Below are positions 40,613 to 49,466 of a stretch of DNA of 64,000 nt, one piece after another. The position numbers and the translations under genes were made by a program. Within the stretch, counting starts at the first letter, position 1. Every line of letters begins with the position of its first letter. This DNA is from Thermoproteota archaeon (GTDB lineage Archaea > Thermoproteota > Methanomethylicia > Methanomethylicales > Methanomethylicaceae), in contig JARXPE010000001.1 of assembly GCA_029887795.1 (NCBI GenBank), positions 129,386 to 193,385 of the forward strand, read 5' to 3'. The notes under the pieces are model-generated. The model was not told where the DNA came from and made no database searches. It saw only the letters and a program-made list of their open reading frames with translations.

Positions 40613-41251
40613 GTGGGCAATGTTAAACTTGAGGCGCTCAAAGAGGCTCTACTTGAGCAGAATCAAAGAAAGGCGAAAGATCTCACAGAGGAATTTTTGC
40701 GGGAAGGGGTGGAGCCAAAGGAGATAATTGATGTGATATCTGAGGGCCTAAGATTAATTGGAGATCTGTTTGAGAAGGGCGAGTTCTTTCTGCCGGAGGT
40801 TATGAGGGCAGCGAATGCAGCCAAGGCATCTTTGGGCGTCGTGTTACCAATGATGGTTAAGGAGAATGTTGGTGATGGGCGAGGAGTGATTGCGATAGGC
40901 TCGCTGGGACCACATGACATCGGAAAGACCATAGTATCTTCGATGTTAATCGCAGATGGTTTCAAGGTGCTGGACATGGGCATCAACGTGACGCCGAGCA
41001 TCGTGGAGGATTTCCTAAGAAATAATAAAGTGGATATACTCGCCCTCTCAATTCTGCTAACATCCGACATAGATAAAGGTGCCAACATTATCGAGAGGGC
41101 AAGGAAGGTCTTAAGCGGTCTCAAGGTGATGGTGGGTGGAGCGGCTATGAGCCAAGATATTGCAAGAAAAATAAGGGCTGACGCGTACGGTAGGGACGCA
41201 AGCGAGGCTGTGAAGATAGCAAGAGAGCTTATTGGGGGTAAAGAGAAATGA
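40613..41251 (+). CDS. Corrinoid-binding protein (MtaC/MetH cap + B12-binding domain)
   Basis: GDLFEKGEFFLPEV cap, HDIGK.IV, S.LL, MVGGA, ADAY; start placed at GTG. Confidence 0.85.
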   Translation: MGNVKLEALKEALLEQNQRKAKDLTEEFLREGVEPKEIIDVISEGLRLIGDLFEKGEFFLPEVMRAANAAKASLGVVLPMMVKENVGDGRGVIAIGSLGPHDIGKTIVSSMLIADGFKVLDMGINVTPSIVEDFLRNNKVDILALSILLTSDIDKGANIIERARKVLSGLKVMVGGAAMSQDIARKIRADAYGRDASEAVKIARELIGGKEK

Positions 41252-42138
41252 TGACAATGAGAACGACCGTTATCGGGAGTTATCCGGTGGTTGGTGAGGG
41301 TCTGGAGGCAATAAAGACTGCTGTGAACGACCAGCTGGAGGCAGGCATTGAAATAATAAGCGATGGGCAGACGAGAAAGGACATGGTGTGCTATTTCGCA
41401 GACCACATACCCGGGTTTAAGGTTGAAGACGAGAAAGCTAAGATTGTAGGAAAGGTGAGACCCCCAGAAGAAACTCCCGTAGTGGACGACTTGATATTTG
41501 CGAGAAAGTTGGCTGGTGAAAGGGCCGAGGTGAAGGCCATAATTACCGGTCCTGTCACAATGGTTTTCTTTTCCGAACTTGCCCCAGAGGCACCCTATGC
41601 CGGGTTCCGGGACGAGAGGCTTTACGAGGATGTAAGCGAAGCCCTAGCTGTGGAGGTGGAGATTATTCAGAAGGCGGGCTTTACGAAGATACAGATAGAC
41701 GAACCCAGTTTTTCAATCGGGGCGCCCATGAATATAGGGAGAAAGGCGCTCGAATCGATCGTGTCCGACTTGAAGGGAACAAAAGCGCTTCATGTTTGTG
41801 GAAACCTTAGGAGGGTCTTCGGAGAGATCGTGAAGATAGAGGGGTTGGACGTCCTAAGCTTTTCATTCAAGGATAACGTCAGCAACTTTGACAGCGTTGA
41901 GAAGAAGCTTCTGAAGGATTACTCAAAGAAGCTCGGCGTGGGTTGTGTAAGTACGATGAGCCCAGAGGTGGAGGACGTGGACTCTATTAAGAAGGTACTG
42001 ACAAGGGCGGTTGGGTTATATGGATCGGAAAATATCGAGTGGGTTCATCCCGATTGTGGGCTGAGATCCTTCAAAAGGGATGAGGCGTTCATGAAACTCA
42101 AGAACATGGTCACTGCGGTGAGGGAGCTGAGGGGATAA
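41248..42138 (+). CDS. Core (single-barrel) methionine synthase-like methyltransferase, MesA-type
   Basis: TTVIGSYP, SDGQTR, ITGPVT, QIDEP, LHVCG, PDCGL; 296 aa, no N-terminal MetE barrel. Confidence 0.82.
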   Translation: MMTMRTTVIGSYPVVGEGLEAIKTAVNDQLEAGIEIISDGQTRKDMVCYFADHIPGFKVEDEKAKIVGKVRPPEETPVVDDLIFARKLAGERAEVKAIITGPVTMVFFSELAPEAPYAGFRDERLYEDVSEALAVEVEIIQKAGFTKIQIDEPSFSIGAPMNIGRKALESIVSDLKGTKALHVCGNLRRVFGEIVKIEGLDVLSFSFKDNVSNFDSVEKKLLKDYSKKLGVGCVSTMSPEVEDVDSIKKVLTRAVGLYGSENIEWVHPDCGLRSFKRDEAFMKLKNMVTAVRELRG

Positions 42139-43007
42139 TGGAAGTCCGCTTGGGTAACATAAAATTTGGCGATGTGCCGGTCATGATAGGCAGCCTGTTC
42201 TATAAATCGGACAGGAAGGTAATCGATCATAAAAGAGGCGATGTAAACAGACCAGCACTCCTTAGGGAGCTGAAGAGTGTCTCAAAACTCAAGGAAAGGA
42301 CGGGACTGTTTCATGCCCTAGACATAATAGCGGAAACTCCGGAGGCGATGGAAAGGTACATAGCCGCAGTTGCCGAGTTAACCGATGATCCCTTGCTCAT
42401 AGGGGGCCTCAATGAAGATACCAGAATCGCAGGTTACAGGAAGGCGTCCGAGTTGGGTCTGGTGGACAGGTGCGGTATAAATTCGGTGTCGCTTGCGACC
42501 AGCGAAAGGGAGCTAGAATGCATCAAAGATAGCGGGATTAAATTCGCAATAGTCCAGACATTGGACCCAGCTGCGGTTTACCCAGAAGAGAAGCTTCAAG
42601 TTTTGAAAGGAGGGCTCCTTGAAAGGTGCAGGAACGCCGGCATCACTGATGTTGCTATAGATGTCGGCATAATAGACTTCACGAGTGTCTGGCTGGCGGC
42701 AGAGTCGATTAAGGCGGTGAAGAATGAGCTTGGACTGCCTGCTGGATGTGCGCCCTCCAACGTTGCTTATCAGCCCCTGTTGAAGAAGAAGGTGACCAAG
42801 AGGGTCGCGAGATCGATGAATGTGGCACTCAACACGATGATACAAATCGCGGGGGCAGATTTCATACTGTATGGACCACTTAGGGCAGCAGGGTATATAT
42901 TCGAGGCAGCAGCCACAGTTGAGGGAATAAAGGCTTATGGAGAGAAGTTGAAGGGGAAGGCTTTTGAGAAGAGCCACCCACTTTATAAGTTCCTAGCTAA
43001 ACTCTGA
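42138..43007 (+). CDS. mtrH: MtrH-like methyl-pterin:corrinoid methyltransferase
   Basis: PVMIGSLFY...V.D..RG, NSV, GLPAGCAPSN, GADFILYGP, HPLYK. Confidence 0.8.
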   Translation: MEVRLGNIKFGDVPVMIGSLFYKSDRKVIDHKRGDVNRPALLRELKSVSKLKERTGLFHALDIIAETPEAMERYIAAVAELTDDPLLIGGLNEDTRIAGYRKASELGLVDRCGINSVSLATSERELECIKDSGIKFAIVQTLDPAAVYPEEKLQVLKGGLLERCRNAGITDVAIDVGIIDFTSVWLAAESIKAVKNELGLPAGCAPSNVAYQPLLKKKVTKRVARSMNVALNTMIQIAGADFILYGPLRAAGYIFEAAATVEGIKAYGEKLKGKAFEKSHPLYKFLAKL

Positions 43008-43024
43008 TATGTGGAGGGGGAAAT

Positions 43025-43255
43025 TTGGTTCTCGCGTGCGTCCTTATACACTGCAAGCCAGGGACTGCGACAGATGTCCTGAATAAGATAAAGGAGATAA
43101 AGGGTGTGAGAAGAGCGTTTGAGACCCTAGGAGGATATGATGTTGTCGTAGAATATGAGTTTCAGAGCCTTGAGAAGCTCGGAATAACAGTATATGAGAT
43201 AGCAAAGCTACCGGGCGTGGTCTCAACGGAGACCCTGATAGAGACACTATTGTGA
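43025..43255 (+). CDS. Stand-alone Lrp/AsnC ligand-binding domain protein
   Basis: ACVLI..KPG, LGGYDVV, PGVVSTETLI. Confidence 0.85.
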   Translation: MVLACVLIHCKPGTATDVLNKIKEIKGVRRAFETLGGYDVVVEYEFQSLEKLGITVYEIAKLPGVVSTETLIETLL

Positions 43256-43256
43256 G

Positions 43257-43490
43257 GTGGTAGTCTTGGTTCAGGTCCTCGTGTTGATAAATGCCGAGAA
43301 GGTTTCAGTACTTGACGTTGTTGGAAAGCTGGAGAAGATGCCAGAGGTTTTGAGTGTTTTCCCTACCTTTGGTAGGTTTGATGTAGTGGCGTTCTGCAAC
43401 GTCGGCAATAGGGAGAGCGTTAGAGATTTGGTAAGAAAGATAGCTGCGCTCCAGGGAGTGTTGAAGACAGAGACCCTAGTGGAACTATGA
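43257..43490 (+). CDS. Stand-alone Lrp/AsnC ligand-binding domain protein
   Basis: VLIN, FGRFDVV, GVLKTETLV. Confidence 0.85.
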   Translation: MVVLVQVLVLINAEKVSVLDVVGKLEKMPEVLSVFPTFGRFDVVAFCNVGNRESVRDLVRKIAALQGVLKTETLVEL

Positions 43491-43580
43491 GTCCCCCAAA
43501 TAATCCAGTCCAGAGATATGATGCTTCCGGAGTTCTGCCTTTAAAATTGCATTTGTATGATCTGACCCTTTAAGGACTTA

Positions 43581-44435
43581 CTAAGGGGCACGTAGCCCTG
43601 CTAGTTCATAAACCTTAAGTATGTTGCCCCTGTCATCACGGCGCGAATCGACGGGGGTCTCCATTATTAAAGGCAGAGATCGGATCCTTTTGTCAGATAG
43701 GATCAATCTAAAGCCATCCTCGCCGATCTTTCCAAGACCGATGTGCTCGTGCCTATCTAGGTGGGATCCAAGATCTCCCTTAGAATCGTTGAGGTGTACC
43801 ACTTTCAGCCTCTCCAGACCAATGATACGATCCAGTTCGTCGAGAACCTCACCTATTCTTGTCTTCAAATCGTAGCCGCCAGCGAAGGCGTGGCATGTGT
43901 CAAAGCAGAAGCCCACCCTCTCAGAGTCGCCCAATTTATCCATGATGGCGCGTATGTCTTCAAAGGTCGTGCCCATGCTATTCTTCTGGCCGGATGTGTT
44001 CTCCAGGAGGATCATGCAGTTGGGACCAGACTCAAGGGCGCTCTTAAGCGCAGATACAAGCCTTTCGCAGCCTTTTTCCTCGCCGCTGCCGAGATGAGAT
44101 CCGAGATGTGTGACCAAGTAGGGGATTCCTAGCGCAGAACACCTCTTCAGTTCGGCTTTCAAAGTTTCCACGGATTTCTTGTAGACCTCGTCGTTAGGAG
44201 TCGCGAGATTTGGGAGATAGGGCATGTGATCTACTACAGGGTATATGTCGACCTTGCTCAGCCGCTCTTTAAATGATCTCATAACCTCTTCTGGGATTTC
44301 TGAAAAGGACCAGCCTCGAGGGTTTCTGGTGAAGAGTTGAAAGGTGTTGCACCCTATTTTTAGTGCCCTCTCCACCGAGCGGTCGATGGATCCTGCTATA
44401 GAGATATGAACCCCGACGCGCAAATTGTACACCAA
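43581..44435 (-). CDS. nfo: Endonuclease IV
   Basis: GVHISIAG, HMPYLPNL, HLGSH, ENT, DTCH, HLNDS, DRHEHIG, ETP. Confidence 0.95.
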   Translation of the reverse strand: MVYNLRVGVHISIAGSIDRSVERALKIGCNTFQLFTRNPRGWSFSEIPEEVMRSFKERLSKVDIYPVVDHMPYLPNLATPNDEVYKKSVETLKAELKRCSALGIPYLVTHLGSHLGSGEEKGCERLVSALKSALESGPNCMILLENTSGQKNSMGTTFEDIRAIMDKLGDSERVGFCFDTCHAFAGGYDLKTRIGEVLDELDRIIGLERLKVVHLNDSKGDLGSHLDRHEHIGLGKIGEDGFRLILSDKRIRSLPLIMETPVDSRRDDRGNILKVYELAGLRAP

Positions 44436-44493
44436 GTTAAATTATCCTTCGGAATCGTTTAAGGCTTTACTTAGAATGTAAAGGGGGTGCTGC

Positions 44494-45168
44494 TCACAGA
44501 ATCCCCTTCAAGATTTGCCTTATCCTCGTTTTGATCTCGGGCGAAATGTGTTTCGGATCGGGTGTAGGCAGTTCCTCCCCCCTTATTGTTGCAAGTCCCA
44601 CGCCGTAGAGTACCCAAGCGATCACGTACTCGATGAGACCTCGGTCTTGTCCCATGGAGTCTGCCAGAAGGTTGATTAATTCGCCTATCGCTACCTGTGA
44701 CCTATCTATGGAAGAACGGAGTGATTCGAGTTGCTCCTCGCCAAGTACAAGGGAGTCGCCGATCTTTTGCAATAGTTCTTTGAGGGACGAGGCATCTTCA
44801 TGTGAAAATGTGGTGTCTAATGATAGTAGGAAGAGGGATTTTTCTGTGCGTATGTCGGGATAAACATAGCACCGCGATACTTTTGAGAGGGGGTATAGAT
44901 CCCGGAGTTCTTTTATGAGTAGAGCTTCCGTAAGGGAGATAACGGGTTTCCTCCTGAGAAGGTGCCAGATCTCGTCGGCTATGATGTAGGCTCTGTTCTT
45001 CTCAGAACCTATGACGAGGAGGTCGCACCATTTTGCATACTCGTGAAGTTCGTCAGGCGGGCATGACTCTGGGAGTTTTTTCACCTCGTAGTCTACTCTA
45101 CAAAGATTCTCCAGCGGTCTTCCCTTGCGCTCACAACCCACTAACAATATTCTCAAGGGCTTCACCAT
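44494..45168 (-). CDS. Hypothetical protein resembling a degenerate pyrroline-5-carboxylate reductase fold
   Basis: ILLVGCERKG, CDLLVIG, PVISL, KVSRC, IGDSLVLGEEQL follow the ProC layout without its catalytic motifs. Confidence 0.4.
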   Translation of the reverse strand: MVKPLRILLVGCERKGRPLENLCRVDYEVKKLPESCPPDELHEYAKWCDLLVIGSEKNRAYIIADEIWHLLRRKPVISLTEALLIKELRDLYPLSKVSRCYVYPDIRTEKSLFLLSLDTTFSHEDASSLKELLQKIGDSLVLGEEQLESLRSSIDRSQVAIGELINLLADSMGQDRGLIEYVIAWVLYGVGLATIRGEELPTPDPKHISPEIKTRIRQILKGIL

Positions 45169-45369
45169 TGTATTGTCGCTAATATTCGGATATCTTTAAT
45201 GGTTAATAGTTATAGCGCATTTAGCTATTATAATGGTTTATTCAAAAAAGTGGAAACAATTCTGATGGGTGGTTACAACTTGCAAGGCGACAAGCAATGA
45301 ATGAAAAATAGTGCGTAGCAGATAAGATTAATATGTTGAGAGTACACTAATCCTTAAGAGGATACTCAG

Positions 45370-46149
45370 ATGTCCTTCGACAAACTAAAGGTTGTTGGAT
45401 TCTCGGATTTGGAGATAAAGTTGTACGAATATTTGATTAAAAAAGGAAGCTGCAAGAAAGAGGATTTGCTTAGAGATTTAGGTCTGAATGAGAAGGACCT
45501 GAATGAGCACATCTCAAAGATGTCGTCTTTAGGCGCCATAGAAATTGTTGATGATTTGGTCTCTCCTTCGCCTCCGAGGTCATTTCTTCAAAAGTACTTG
45601 AGACTCAAGGAGGTGGAGGTAGATCTTCAGCTTGCCGAGCTTAAGAAGGTTGTCAATGAACTCCAGATGGTGTTGGAGCCTATATTCAGCGAGAGCAAAT
45701 ACGGAGTAAGGTTGGAAGACCTCTGGCAGACGATAGAGAGCCTATCGAGCATGGAAATGGAGACTATAAGGATGATATCTCGGGCAAATTCAGAGATATC
45801 CATATTGGCAGAACGTTTTAGCTACTACCCAAAGGTCAGAGAGGAGTTGCTCTCGGCTCTGGACAGGAAGGTTAGGGTCAGGGTGCTTCTGCTGGCGCTT
45901 GACAAGGAAAATGAAGGTAGGGTCGAGGACCTAAAGAGGAACAAGGTTGAGGTGAGGTTGGCAAGATGCGACTGGAGAAGTGTGAGGTTTACTCTGGTGG
46001 ACAGGAGAGAGGCGATATTCCTGATTTGGGCAAAGAAGAGCGGAGAGAACAGGGTATTCTACAGACCAGGCTATACGAAGAACCCGGGGATGGTGAGCGT
46101 CTTCTCGGACTCCTTCGAGTATCTATGGGACAAGGCACTGCCACTCTGA
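45370..46149 (+). CDS. TrmB-family transcriptional regulator
   Basis: GFSDLEIKLYEYL wHTH; PLD-like C-terminus (VRVRVL, FTLVD, FEYLW). Confidence 0.8.
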   Translation: MSFDKLKVVGFSDLEIKLYEYLIKKGSCKKEDLLRDLGLNEKDLNEHISKMSSLGAIEIVDDLVSPSPPRSFLQKYLRLKEVEVDLQLAELKKVVNELQMVLEPIFSESKYGVRLEDLWQTIESLSSMEMETIRMISRANSEISILAERFSYYPKVREELLSALDRKVRVRVLLLALDKENEGRVEDLKRNKVEVRLARCDWRSVRFTLVDRREAIFLIWAKKSGENRVFYRPGYTKNPGMVSVFSDSFEYLWDKALPL

Positions 46150-47111
46150 AGAGAGTGAGAGTCTCGTTAGGGACTGCCATCGAGCTAGGTCTGATCCGTG
46201 GTCTCCAGAAGGATAAGCCCACTACGGCATACCTTTTCATGATCGGTAATGGTTGTAGGGGAAAGTGTAATTTTTGCCCTCAAGCGGCTGGAATGTCTGA
46301 GAATATATCAAGGGTGAGCTGGCCCGAACTCCCTTTGGAAGAGGTCCTGAAAGGGCTAAGGGACAAACATAGCTTTGAAAGGGTTTGTGTCCAGTGCGCC
46401 GAAGAAGATGGTTTAACAAGGCGACTAGTTTATTTTGTAAAAAGCCTGAGGCATGAGACAAGTCTCCCGATTTCGGTCTCCATGCCTTGTGTTTCTCGTG
46501 AAGAGCTGCTTGCTTTAAAGACAGTAGGGGTCGACGTTTTGACGATACCTCTGGACTGTGCTAATGAAGGTTTATTCCGAAAAGTAAAGGGAAGGGATTG
46601 GGGGGACCGCTGGTTGGCTTTGCATAAGGCCTTGGAGGTATTTGGTCCCAACAGAGTCGGAACGCATATAATAGCAGGGCTTGGGGAGACTGAAAGAGAC
46701 ATCGTGAATGTATTTTCAAAATGCAAACGGGAGGGGATCGTGCCCTCGCTATTCGCTTTTACGCCGATAAGGGGGACGCCCCTTTGGGGGAGACCGCAAC
46801 CAGATTTGGCATCCTACAGAAGGTTGCAGCTAGCTAGGGAGCTCATACTGAGCGGGAGGGCGACAGAGACGGATTTCACCTATGACAGCCTCGGGAGGAT
46901 TATCGGGTTCAATGTTAGCAGAAATGTAATAGAGGAGGTTATTAATGAGGGTAGCGCCTTTATGACCAGAGGATGCCTAGGCTGTAACAGACCGTACTTC
47001 AATGAGAAGGTCTCAGGACCCATCTACAACTACCCCCGCAAACTGGAAAGTAAGGAGATTGAAGAAGTCAGGAGGGAATTATTTGGAGGGATTGAGGGTC
47101 TTAAGGTTTGA
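46125..47111 (+). CDS. lipS2: Archaeal-type lipoyl synthase component (LipS2-type radical SAM)
   Basis: PTTAYL, CRGKCNFCPQA, C-terminal TRGCLGCNRPYFNE. Confidence 0.8.
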   Translation: MGQGTATLKRVRVSLGTAIELGLIRGLQKDKPTTAYLFMIGNGCRGKCNFCPQAAGMSENISRVSWPELPLEEVLKGLRDKHSFERVCVQCAEEDGLTRRLVYFVKSLRHETSLPISVSMPCVSREELLALKTVGVDVLTIPLDCANEGLFRKVKGRDWGDRWLALHKALEVFGPNRVGTHIIAGLGETERDIVNVFSKCKREGIVPSLFAFTPIRGTPLWGRPQPDLASYRRLQLARELILSGRATETDFTYDSLGRIIGFNVSRNVIEEVINEGSAFMTRGCLGCNRPYFNEKVSGPIYNYPRKLESKEIEEVRRELFGGIEGLKV

Positions 47112-47841
47112 GGTGCAAGACCCGTTTTACAACATGGCGCTGGATGAGGCTATAGCGCGATCCGTTGGAGGGGGGGAAAGCCCGCCAACGCTAAGACTCT
47201 ATGGATGGGCGCAAAGGGCAGTCTCCTTGGGATACTTCCAAGAAATTCTGGAGGAGGTCGATTTGGGTTTTTGTAGAGAGAAGGGTATAGAGGTAGTTAG
47301 GAGGATAACAGGTGGAGGTGCCGTGCTACACACGGAAGGGGAGCTCACATATAGCTTCGCGGTGAAGGACGATGGTTCTTACGTGCCCGAGGACATTGAA
47401 GAAAGTTACAAAAGGATATGTTCACCAATAGTGGCGTGCATCAGGAGGCTTGGCGCGGAGGCAGTATTTAGACCGATAAACGACATTGAGGTAGCAGGCA
47501 AGAAGGTCTCAGGAAATGCCCAGACTAGGAGGTTCGGGGCAGTTCTCCAGCATGGAACCCTCCTTCTTTCCATAGATTATTCAATGTTGAGAGCGCTAAG
47601 ACCGAGGGTAGAAAAGTTGAGGGATAAGGGGGTTTCGGATGTCGGCGGGAGGGTCACAACGCTGAAGGAAATCCTCAAGTTTGAGCCAGATAGAGAAAGT
47701 GTGGCAGATATATTGGCGGAGGAGTTCGGAAAGTCGTTAGGGCTAGAGTTGAGATACGGAAGGATCACAGATAAGGAGAGGGAGCTTGCTAGGGATTTGG
47801 TCCGGAAGTACAGGTCAGAGGAATGGACCTTCAGGAGGTAA
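47092..47841 (+). CDS. lplA: Lipoate/octanoate-protein ligase catalytic subunit
   Basis: NMALDEA, VRRITGGGAVLH, NDI...KKVSGNAQ, QHGTLL. Confidence 0.92.
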   Translation: MRVLRFEVQDPFYNMALDEAIARSVGGGESPPTLRLYGWAQRAVSLGYFQEILEEVDLGFCREKGIEVVRRITGGGAVLHTEGELTYSFAVKDDGSYVPEDIEESYKRICSPIVACIRRLGAEAVFRPINDIEVAGKKVSGNAQTRRFGAVLQHGTLLLSIDYSMLRALRPRVEKLRDKGVSDVGGRVTTLKEILKFEPDRESVADILAEEFGKSLGLELRYGRITDKERELARDLVRKYRSEEWTFRR

Positions 47842-47845
47842 TATA

Positions 47846-48124
47846 GTGGAGATGGTTGGGATCAAGAAGGTGAAGGGAGGCAAGCTCATCAAAGTTAGGG
47901 TCGAAGAGGAAGGTGGAATTATAAAGGAGGTGAAGATCTCCGGAGACTTCTTTGTCCATCCGGAAGACGCCATAGAGGATATCGAGAAGTCCTTGAAAGG
48001 GGTACATTTGAGCAAGGTGAGGGAGGCACTGCGTGATTTTGCCATGAGGAAGACTGTCAGGACAGTCGGCTTTGCTCTTGATGATATCGCAGATGTTATA
48101 GAGGGGCGAAGCGATGGTATTTAG
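47846..48124 (+). CDS. lplB: Lipoate-protein ligase accessory subunit (LplB, split C-terminal domain)
   Basis: KVKGGKLI, ISGDFFVHPE. Confidence 0.85.
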   Translation: MEMVGIKKVKGGKLIKVRVEEEGGIIKEVKISGDFFVHPEDAIEDIEKSLKGVHLSKVREALRDFAMRKTVRTVGFALDDIADVIEGRSDGI

Positions 48125-48977
48125 TTACAGACCAAAGCCCTCCGTGTACAGCGTTTCGATTACTGGTCATCGATGTGAGCTATGTTGCAGACATTGCCAA
48201 GGGAAATACCTAACAGGTATGGAGGCGGCAGAAAATCCAGAGAGGCTCCTTGAAGCTTTTTTAAAGGCGAAGGCTAAGGGAGCAAAAAGCATCTTAATAA
48301 GCGGAGGCTTTGACAAGCGGGGCAGGTTGCCAGTTATGGACTTTCTGAGCACAATAAGGAAGGGAAAAAACAGGACAGGATTGGTTGTCGAGGTCCACTC
48401 GGGATTAATTAAGGAGGTGGATAAATTGATGGACTCGGGTGTAGACGCCTTACTTCTGGATGTCATAGGAGACCAAGAGACCATAGAGGAGTACCTCGGG
48501 GGCGGGTGGTCGGCTGGAGAGTATTTGGATGTCTTGCGGGAGGGTAAGAGGTTTGTCCCACTGGTTGCAGCCCACATATTGGTCGGGGTCAACGAAGGAA
48601 AAATAAAGGGAGAGTTCGAGGCGGTAGACATGGTAGCAGAGGCGAAGGCGGATGCCCTCTCTATATTGACGCCCATGGATGCAAAGTCGCCTGAGGTCGG
48701 GGAAATTGTGGAGGTGATGGACTACGCCAGGGAGAGGTTCAAGGGACACCTGACCTTGGGATGCATGAGAGCAAAGGGGAAAAACCGTCAGGAGATAGAA
48801 AGATTTGCTGTCGATTTGGGTTTCGACGGGATAGCTAACCCGCTAAAAAGGACTTTGACGTACGCGCAATCCGCCGGGGTTAAAGTCGTGGAGGTTGAAG
48901 GATGCTGCGTATTCACTCCAGATAGAATTCCCAAGAGCACCAGAGATTGTCTGGATGCGCATCTGGAGGGCAGATAA
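48114..48977 (+). CDS. lipS1: Archaeal-type lipoyl synthase component (LipS1-type radical SAM)
   Basis: SITG..CELCCRHC, ISGG, LGCMR and C-terminal CC. Confidence 0.8.
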   Translation: MVFSYRPKPSVYSVSITGHRCELCCRHCQGKYLTGMEAAENPERLLEAFLKAKAKGAKSILISGGFDKRGRLPVMDFLSTIRKGKNRTGLVVEVHSGLIKEVDKLMDSGVDALLLDVIGDQETIEEYLGGGWSAGEYLDVLREGKRFVPLVAAHILVGVNEGKIKGEFEAVDMVAEAKADALSILTPMDAKSPEVGEIVEVMDYARERFKGHLTLGCMRAKGKNRQEIERFAVDLGFDGIANPLKRTLTYAQSAGVKVVEVEGCCVFTPDRIPKSTRDCLDAHLEGR

Positions 48978-49419
48978 GGCACCTGACTCTAAACCTCGGG
49001 TTTATTACCTTAGCAAAGGCGGAGAGATGGGCTAAACCAACGGGCTTGCAAGGGAATAGCCCCTTGCCACTCTTAATTCTAGCAGTCTGTGGTCTGCAGT
49101 TTTTTATGCTCAGCACGATCCTGTCGCCCTTGGTTTCTACGGAGATCGCAGAAACAGGTGCGATGGAGGTGAAGTTGAGCGCCCTTGCGAGGTCTTCCAG
49201 AGTTCCTTCGCTTATCTTGAGGAAGTTCTTGATTCGCCTAGCCTCCGATGTGCCGAACTGCTCCCAAGCCTCCCTGTCGATGTCCACAGCTACGCTTTGC
49301 CCGTACCTTTTCTCGATGGAAAGAAACCAGTAACCGTCCAGTGTTAGAAGGTTCTTTGACATTATCTCAATAAGCTCCAATAGCTCCTCCCTAGTAAGCG
49401 ACTCAAGGACTTTGTTCAT
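48913..49419 (-). CDS. DUF6125-like protein (V4R/ATC-hydrolase-like fold)
   Basis: DGYWFL.IE..YG...A, CRPQ..R, FPCK, C..CPP...WCSWEF. Confidence 0.65.
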   Translation of the reverse strand: MNKVLESLTREELLELIEIMSKNLLTLDGYWFLSIEKRYGQSVAVDIDREAWEQFGTSEARRIKNFLKISEGTLEDLARALNFTSIAPVSAISVETKGDRIVLSIKNCRPQTARIKSGKGLFPCKPVGLAHLSAFAKVINPRFRVRCLICPPDAHPDNLWCSWEFYLE

Positions 49420-49466
49420 GATTTAAGATCATTTCTGGTGTTATAATACAGTTACTGCTAGAAAAC

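Noticed and set aside
42138-43007. Evidence of an energy-conserving Mtr complex
   Set aside because: No mtrA-G nearby; the gene is coupled to methionine-synthase-like genes
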